Below, in pieces: positions 57,793-64,000 of a DNA stretch of 64,000 nt. Origin of the DNA: an uncultured Actinomycetota bacterium. GTDB lineage: Bacteria > Actinomycetota > Actinomycetes > Propionibacteriales > Nocardioidaceae. The stretch's first letter is position 1; each line of letters starts with the position of its first letter. Under the pieces are notes generated by a model that saw nothing but the letters and a program-made list of their open reading frames with translations, searched no databases and had not been told where the DNA came from. The translations under genes were made by a program, and so were the position numbers. Location of the stretch: NCBI GenBank assembly GCA_963795105.1, contig CAWCGD010000001.1, positions 917,097 to 981,096 of the forward strand, read 5' to 3'.

Positions 57793-60336
57793 GTGACTGT
57801 TCCGGAGAAACCCGTCCTCGAGGGGATCGAGGCGACCTGGTCCCAGCGCTGGGAGGAACAGGGCACCTACCGATTCGATCGGACGAAGACGCGCGACCAG
57901 ATCTACTCGATCGACACGCCACCACCGACCGTCTCCGGATCACTGCACGTCGGGCACGTCTTCAGCTACACGCACACCGACCTGATCGCGCGCTACCAGC
58001 GCATGCGTGGCCGCGAGGTGTTCTACCCGATGGGCTGGGACGACAACGGCCTTCCGACCGAGCGCCGCGTCCAGAACTACTTCGGTGTCCGCTGCGATCC
58101 GTCGCTCCCGTACGACCCGGACTTCACGCCACCGGCGAGCCCCGACCCCAAAAGCCAGATGCCGATCAGCCGGCGGAACTTCATCGACCTCTGCAACGAG
58201 CTGGTCGAGGAAGACGAGAAGGTCTTCGAGGGTCTGTGGCGCACGCTCGGCCTGTCGGTCGACTGGACCCAGACGTATACGACGATCGGCGCCGAGGCGC
58301 AGGCCACCAGCCAGCGCGCGTTCCTGCGCAACCTGGCCCGCGGCGAGGCGTACAGCCAGGACGCGCCGACGTTGTGGGACGTCACCTTCCAGACCGCCGT
58401 CGCGCAGGCCGAGCTCGAGGCCCGCGACTATCCCGGCCACTACCACCGGGTCGCGTATCACACGCCCGACGGGCCGGCCTACATCGAGACGACCCGTCCC
58501 GAGCTGACGGCGGCTGCTGTCGCGCTCATCGCGCACCCGGACGACGAGCGCTATCAGCACCTGTTCGGGAAGACGGCGACGTCGCCGGTCTTCGGCGTCG
58601 AAGTGCCGATCCTCCCGCACACGGCCGCCGATCCGGAAAAGGGCTCCGGCCTCGTCCACTGCTGTACGTTCGGCGACCTCACCGACGTCCAGTGGTGGCG
58701 TGAGTTGCAGTTGCCGAACCGCACGATCATCGGCCGGGACGGCCGCATCCTGCGGGAACTGCCGGAGTGGATCACGTCCGACAACGGGCAAGCCGTGTTC
58801 GCCGAAATGTCAGGCAAGACGACGTTCAGTGCCCGCGAAGTCATGGTTCAGGCGCTGCGCGGCTCAGGCGACCTCGACGGCGAGCCGACGCCGACCGAGC
58901 GCGTCGCCAACTTCTTCGAGAAGGGCGACAAGCCGCTTGAGATCGTCTCGACCCGGCAGTGGTACATCGCCAACGGCGGGCGTTCGGCCGATCTCCGCGA
59001 GGCGCTGGTCAAGCGCGGCGACGAGCTGACCTGGGTCCCGCCATATATGCAAAGCCGGTTGACCAACTGGATCGAGGGCCTCAACGGCGACTGGCTGATC
59101 AGCCGCCAGCGCTTCTTCGGCATCCCCTTCCCGGTCTGGTACCGGCTCAATGCCGACGGCGAGCCGGACCACGACGATCCCATCCTGGCCACGGAAGCTG
59201 AGTTGCCCGTTGACCCGGCGTCGCAGGCTCCTCCGGGATTCGAGGAGTCGCAGCGAGGACAGGCGGGCGGTTTCATCGCTGATCCAGACGTGCTCGACAC
59301 CTGGGCGACGTCGTCCCTCACTCCGCAGATCGTCACAGGATGGGAGCGCGACACCGACCTGTTCGAGCGCACGTACCCAATGGACCTGCGACCCCAGGGC
59401 CACGACATCATCCGCACCTGGCTGTTCAGCACGGTCGTACGCGCGCACCTCGAGTTTGGTTCGGTTCCGTGGAGCCACGCCGCCCTGTCCGGCTTCGTGG
59501 TCGACCCGGACCGTAAGAAGATGAGCAAGTCCAAGGGCAACGTTGTCGTCCCCGACGAGATCATCGACAAGTACGGCGCCGACGCCGTCCGCTGGCGCGC
59601 CGCGCTGGCACGGCCTGGCGCGGACTCTCCCTTCGACGAGACGCAGATGAAGGTCGGCCGGCGGCTTTCCATGAAGGTTCTCAACGCGTCGAAGTTCGTC
59701 CTGGCCACGCCCGAGCAGTATGGGCTGGGGGCGGACGCGTCGCTGCTCGACCCGTCGCTGGTGACCGAGCCACTCGATCGCGCTCTCCTGGCCCGCCTGC
59801 GCGGCGTGATCGACGACGCGACTGGGCACCTAGACGGATACGACTACTCCTCTGCTCTCGAGGTCACCGAGAAGTTTTTCTGGGACTTCTGCGACGACTA
59901 CCTGGAGCTGGTCAAGGAACGAGCCAAGGGTGGCGACACGTCGGCCCGCGCCACCTTCGTCCTGGCCCTGTCTGCTCAACTGCGGCTGCTGGCGCCGTTC
60001 CTGCCCTACGTCACCGAAGAGGTCTGGTCATGGTGGCAGGCCGGCTCGATCCATCGCGCGTCCTGGCCGACGTCGGATGAACTCAGCGCGATCGAGGGCG
60101 ACCCCGGCGTCCTCACCGCGGCGGCAGAGGTGCTGTCGGGCATCCGTGGCGCCAAGTCGAACGCCAAGGTCAGTCAGAAGACCGAGGTGACGAAGATCTT
60201 CATCAGTGGGCCGGCTGACATGCTGGCCAGGCTCGAAGCCGCGCTTGCCGACGTCCGCGCAGCCGGCAACGTCACCGGCGACGTCACGACGTCCGCCCAC
60301 AAAGATGTGATGGTCGAGGCGACGCTCGGGAGCTAA
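57793..60336 (+). CDS. valS: Valine--tRNA ligase, type 2 (archaeal-like subfamily)
   Basis: [51 protein letters not shown]; GTG at 57793. Confidence 0.96.
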   Translation: MTVPEKPVLEGIEATWSQRWEEQGTYRFDRTKTRDQIYSIDTPPPTVSGSLHVGHVFSYTHTDLIARYQRMRGREVFYPMGWDDNGLPTERRVQNYFGVRCDPSLPYDPDFTPPASPDPKSQMPISRRNFIDLCNELVEEDEKVFEGLWRTLGLSVDWTQTYTTIGAEAQATSQRAFLRNLARGEAYSQDAPTLWDVTFQTAVAQAELEARDYPGHYHRVAYHTPDGPAYIETTRPELTAAAVALIAHPDDERYQHLFGKTATSPVFGVEVPILPHTAADPEKGSGLVHCCTFGDLTDVQWWRELQLPNRTIIGRDGRILRELPEWITSDNGQAVFAEMSGKTTFSAREVMVQALRGSGDLDGEPTPTERVANFFEKGDKPLEIVSTRQWYIANGGRSADLREALVKRGDELTWVPPYMQSRLTNWIEGLNGDWLISRQRFFGIPFPVWYRLNADGEPDHDDPILATEAELPVDPASQAPPGFEESQRGQAGGFIADPDVLDTWATSSLTPQIVTGWERDTDLFERTYPMDLRPQGHDIIRTWLFSTVVRAHLEFGSVPWSHAALSGFVVDPDRKKMSKSKGNVVVPDEIIDKYGADAVRWRAALARPGADSPFDETQMKVGRRLSMKVLNASKFVLATPEQYGLGADASLLDPSLVTEPLDRALLARLRGVIDDATGHLDGYDYSSALEVTEKFFWDFCDDYLELVKERAKGGDTSARATFVLALSAQLRLLAPFLPYVTEEVWSWWQAGSIHRASWPTSDELSAIEGDPGVLTAAAEVLSGIRGAKSNAKVSQKTEVTKIFISGPADMLARLEAALADVRAAGNVTGDVTTSAHKDVMVEATLGS

Positions 60337-60345
60337 TGTCAGGCT

Positions 60346-61875
60346 GTGCGACGCCTGCTCCCAGCGATACTCATCGTCGCGACCCTGCTGTCGGCGAGCC
60401 CGGCTTTAGCCGACACGCCCGCCATCCCGCTCATCAGCGACCCCCGCGGGCCGCTCCTGACGGACTTCAGTGGGACGCCGTCCACCGCGCAGCCGCTACC
60501 GAGCCAGCGCATCCCCCGCCACCCCTACATGGCGCCGAACGAGCGCAGCAACCTGCACAACGACGCTTATCAGACCGACACGTACAACACGCCGGGGCCG
60601 CTGGGGCGCAACTTGAAGGTGAGCTCCTCGGCGTACGGCATCGCAGAGTGCGCGTCCGTGCTGTTCGATTCGCAGGGCCGGATCGTGACCGTGTGCGTCG
60701 GTATCGACCGCCCGGTGCTTCGCCTGCTCAACCCGAAGACGCTCGCCACGATCGCTCAGTACAACCTGCCGCTGCGCCCCCTGACGCAGAAGTTCGACCC
60801 GAACAACTTCGCCGGCGGGGGCTACTTCTACCTCGACCAGCACGATCGCGCGGTCGTGACGACGTACAACAGCCGCCTGCTCGTGCTCGAACCGTCCGGG
60901 TCGCGGTTCGTCGTCCGCCGCAACGTCGACCTCTCGCAGGCCACCCAGGGATCCTTCGTCCAGAGCGCCCTGCCGTCGTGGGATGGCCGGATCTGGTTCG
61001 TCACGCAGGCCGGTGCCGTGGGCTTTGTGGACGGTTCGAACGCAGTCCGCTGGAAGAAGCTGCCCGCCGGCGAGACCATCGCCAACAGCTTCGCCGTGGA
61101 CGAGTCGGGCGGTGTCTTCGTGGCTTCCACGCACGCGCTGTATCGCTTCGACTTCGCCGCTGGGCAGCCTCGCATCACGTGGCGCCAGGCCTACGACCGC
61201 GGGACACGCCAGAAACCTGGCCAGGTCAGTCAGGGAACTGGCACCACGCCGACGCTCGTTGGCTCGGCCAGCCTGGGGAACGGCGGCTACGTTGCCATCA
61301 CCGACAACGCCGATCCACGCATGAACGTGCTCGTGTGGCGTCGCGGCAAGGCAGGCCCGGGCGCCGTGATCTGCAAGCAGCCGGTCTTCCCCAACGGTCA
61401 GAGCGCCACTGACAACAGCCTGATCGCCGTGCCCGGCGGCGGCCTCATCGTTGAGAACAACTTCGGGTACACCGGACCGCTCAAGATCACCCGTATCGCC
61501 GACACAACGCCCGGTCTCGTGCGGGTCGACGTCGACTACACCCGCCGTCGCTGTCACATCGCCTGGCAGAACACTGTGGACCGCATCCCGACCGCGGTCA
61601 CCAAGGCGAGTCTCGGGAGCGGCCTGATCTATTCGTGGACGCACCCCGCCGCCTCCGAGCTGGAGTGGTACAGGACCGCGTTGCCCGCCGCTCTCGCACC
61701 AGACGCGTACTACCTCACGGCCTTCTCGATCCGCACCGGCAAGCGAGTGTGGCGCAAGTTCGTCGGAGCCGGACCGGGGTGGAACAACCACTGGGCGCCG
61801 GTCACCCTGGGCCCAGACTCCACGTTTTACATCGGGACGCTCGGCGGCCTCGTGCGGGTCAGCGACACCGACTAG
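60346..61875 (+). CDS. Secreted hypothetical protein, probable beta-propeller
   Basis: Signal peptide (..SPALA), repeated short beta-strand units, HPYMAPNERSNLHNDAYQTD motif. Confidence 0.7.
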   Translation: MRRLLPAILIVATLLSASPALADTPAIPLISDPRGPLLTDFSGTPSTAQPLPSQRIPRHPYMAPNERSNLHNDAYQTDTYNTPGPLGRNLKVSSSAYGIAECASVLFDSQGRIVTVCVGIDRPVLRLLNPKTLATIAQYNLPLRPLTQKFDPNNFAGGGYFYLDQHDRAVVTTYNSRLLVLEPSGSRFVVRRNVDLSQATQGSFVQSALPSWDGRIWFVTQAGAVGFVDGSNAVRWKKLPAGETIANSFAVDESGGVFVASTHALYRFDFAAGQPRITWRQAYDRGTRQKPGQVSQGTGTTPTLVGSASLGNGGYVAITDNADPRMNVLVWRRGKAGPGAVICKQPVFPNGQSATDNSLIAVPGGGLIVENNFGYTGPLKITRIADTTPGLVRVDVDYTRRRCHIAWQNTVDRIPTAVTKASLGSGLIYSWTHPAASELEWYRTALPAALAPDAYYLTAFSIRTGKRVWRKFVGAGPGWNNHWAPVTLGPDSTFYIGTLGGLVRVSDTD

Positions 61876-62336
61876 TAGCCGGAGCCAGCGGCAGCCGCGC
61901 GCTCCCGCTTGCGGCGCTGCCGCCGCAGGGTGGCCGGCAACGTCAGGATCATGGCGATGACGACGCCAGCGATGCCGCCCATCGTGTTGGCCAGGATGTC
62001 GCGCGGGTCTGAGATGCGTCCAGGAATGCCGCGCTGGGCAGTCTCGATGAAGGCAGTCAGGAAGAACGGCAGGAAGAGGGCGAGAAACCAGCGCTCGGCC
62101 CCGACCAGCAGCAGCAGGAAGACGCCGATCGGCACGAACATCGCAATGTTCGCCAGAAATTCCATACGTTCGACGGTTACCACCTCGAAGTAACCGCGCC
62201 GGTGGAACGCGTCGAGAACCCGCTCGGCGAGGCCCACCGGGATCGGTGCGCTCGCCGACGGTGTCAGCGTCACCAAACCGACGAACCCCATGTACACAAA
62301 GGTCATCAGGCTCAGGAACGGGTGCCGATGGAACAT
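61872..62336 (-). CDS. VanZ family membrane protein
   Basis: EFLANIAMFVPIG..TAFIE.AQ..IPGRISD.RDILANT.G. Confidence 0.85.
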   Translation of the reverse strand: MFHRHPFLSLMTFVYMGFVGLVTLTPSASAPIPVGLAERVLDAFHRRGYFEVVTVERMEFLANIAMFVPIGVFLLLLVGAERWFLALFLPFFLTAFIETAQRGIPGRISDPRDILANTMGGIAGVVIAMILTLPATLRRQRRKRERAAAAGSGY

Positions 62337-62370
62337 TTCCCCAACCTAACGAGCGGTGCCTAGGAGACAC

Positions 62371-63135
62371 TCAGCGCGCGGTCCAGCCCCCGTCTACTGT
62401 CAGGGCCGAACCCGTGGTGTACGAGGACGCATTGGAGGCAAGGTAGAGCAGCGCTCCGGCGACCTCTTCGGGCGAACCCAATCGTCCGAGCATCGTCCGG
62501 GCGGCGAGGCGCTCGACCATCGGCGCGCTGACTGCCTCTCCCGGGAAGGGCCCCAGCACCAGGGCATTGACCCGGATCCCCTCCGAGGCGAGTTCGGCGG
62601 CTGCATAGCGAGTGAGTTGGAGCAGAGCTGCCTTCGCCGCCCCATAGTACGGCGGGTTCCGCTGATCCTCACTCTCGTACATGCCCGGGTCCGGCGAGCG
62701 CACCGCATACATCGACGAGACGTTGACGACAGACGCGATGGGTGACGACGCAAGAAAGGGGCGAGCCGCGCCGATTGCCCGTTCCGTCGCCCGGACGGCG
62801 AGATACCACGCCTCGTCCCATTCCGCATCCGTGGCCGTATGAAGCGATCCGCCCCGTCCGACATGCGCGTTGTTGACAACCACATCGAGACGCCCATAGT
62901 CCTCGCCCACCCGCGAGACGAGGGCTGGCCACGCCTCGGACGTGACGTCGCACGTCGCAACTTCCACGCCGTCTCGCTCAAGGGCTGCGAGCGTCTCAGC
63001 ATCCCGCGCGACGGCTACCACGGTCGCTCCGGCGTCGGCCAAGGCGCTGACCATCGTTGGGCCCAAGCGGCCCGAGGCTCCGGAAACGATCGCCACGGCC
63101 CCATCGAGTCTGAACAGATCCATCAATGTCTCCAT
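62371..63135 (-). CDS. SDR oxidoreductase, PtmA-like
   Basis: SGASGRLG, NNA, NVSSMYA..PD..MY..NPPYYGAAKA insertion typical of nonulosonate-cluster SDRs. Confidence 0.75.
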   Translation of the reverse strand: METLMDLFRLDGAVAIVSGASGRLGPTMVSALADAGATVVAVARDAETLAALERDGVEVATCDVTSEAWPALVSRVGEDYGRLDVVVNNAHVGRGGSLHTATDAEWDEAWYLAVRATERAIGAARPFLASSPIASVVNVSSMYAVRSPDPGMYESEDQRNPPYYGAAKAALLQLTRYAAAELASEGIRVNALVLGPFPGEAVSAPMVERLAARTMLGRLGSPEEVAGALLYLASNASSYTTGSALTVDGGWTAR

Positions 63136-64000
63136 CGGCTCGGGTCCACGACGTCGAGCGGTCCCGCTGGAACTCGTGCGTGCACCTGCTCGCGCTGGTC
63201 GGTTGTGAGAGGAGTCTGCCCCACTAGCTCGACGGTGTCTCTGATCTGGAGCGTTGATTCAGCTCCCACGACGACCGAGTCCACCCACTCCTGTCCCAAT
63301 GCATAGGCAAGACAGAGATCAGCGCGAGACGACCGGCCGAATTCGTGCACCAGACGATCGAGTTCCTGCAGAAGTCGAACCACGTCGACTCCATCAATCG
63401 ACGGCCACCGCGCCTCCGGGGCTGCGAGGAGGCCCTGGAGGTAGACACTCCGAGCCGCCACCAGGACGTCGGGACGCCCCAGCAGGGCTTGCTCGACGTC
63501 ATCGGCGAGCCAGCGCCGGTCGAGCAAGTTGAAAGGCACCTGGACATACCCGAAGAGTGGGTCGGCCAGGACCGTCAGCAGTTCGGCCGGACTCTGAACG
63601 CTGACGCCAACGCAGTACGTGGTCCCGGCTTCGATCAAGCGAGCAAGGCCGTCCCGCGCGCCGGGTCGCTCGAGGTCGGTGGCCCGGTGGAGCAGGACGG
63701 CGTCGACTCTGTCGCAAGCAAGCTGACGCAAACTCTCCTGTACGGACTCGTCCACCGTCGCGTAACGACCGTCTTCCATCGGGGCGACCTTGGTGATGAT
63801 GCCCATGGCGACCCCGGATTCGGCGATGCGTTCCTCGGCCTCTCCGTACGCACGAGACGTGTCCACGTGCGTGATTCCCAGGGAGGCCGCCGCTTCGAGC
63901 ATCTCGCGCGCCGCTTCGGCCGACGGTTGCCCGACGTCGTTCGCCACCCCGTAGGGCAAGCCCAGTTGTACCGTGCCAAGTACCAGGCGACCCTGCTTGA
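63123..64000 (-). CDS. Aldo/keto reductase, 5'-partial (frame open to window end)
   Basis: LVLGTVQLGLPYGVAN, VDTSRAYG.AE, ITK, LLH, GVSV, QVPFNLLD, RSVYLQGLL, VVG. Confidence 0.85.
   Translation of the reverse strand, partial: KQGRLVLGTVQLGLPYGVANDVGQPSAEAAREMLEAAASLGITHVDTSRAYGEAEERIAESGVAMGIITKVAPMEDGRYATVDESVQESLRQLACDRVDAVLLHRATDLERPGARDGLARLIEAGTTYCVGVSVQSPAELLTVLADPLFGYVQVPFNLLDRRWLADDVEQALLGRPDVLVAARSVYLQGLLAAPEARWPSIDGVDVVRLLQELDRLVHEFGRSSRADLCLAYALGQEWVDSVVVGAESTLQIRDTVELVGQTPLTTDQREQVHARVPAGPLDVVDPSRWRH

Overview
High-GC actinobacterial chromosome segment; the gene order and type-2 ValRS suggest a Nocardioidaceae-like organism (inference). The core backbone is valS / folC-DUF4233-ndk-TIGR03960 ... 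TIGR03936-rne-rplU-rpmA-obgE-proB-proA-nadD-rsfS-His-phosphatase ... tRNA-Ala(GGC), interrupted by four accessory blocks. (1) A co-directional operon equivalent to the M. tuberculosis Rv0762c-Rv0771 CYP51/CYP123 locus, extended by an FprB-type ferredoxin reductase, an enoyl-CoA hydratase and a GMC oxidoreductase; two promoters in the block share a GACA-N2-TGTC operator. (2) Two tandem secreted proteins, each a 7-repeat RCC1/BLIP-II-like propeller fused to a PL7 alginate-lyase domain. (3) A metal/ion-stress region next to tRNA-Ala: NhaA, a CsoR/RicR-boxed DUF4396-DUF305 pair, arsR-arsC, an ArsK-like MFS, and an unannotated 12-aa peptide (MDDDDCCEPGCC) behind two ArsR-type boxes. (4) A legionaminic-acid-type nonulosonate pathway split into three blocks, with a candidate nonulosonate transferase and an AT3-SGNH O-acetyltransferase. 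Frameshifts cluster at 1-2.4 kb and 30.7-32.4 kb and look like sequencing errors. No CRISPR array, rRNA or intact transposase/integrase was seen. All family assignments come from motif recognition, not database searches.
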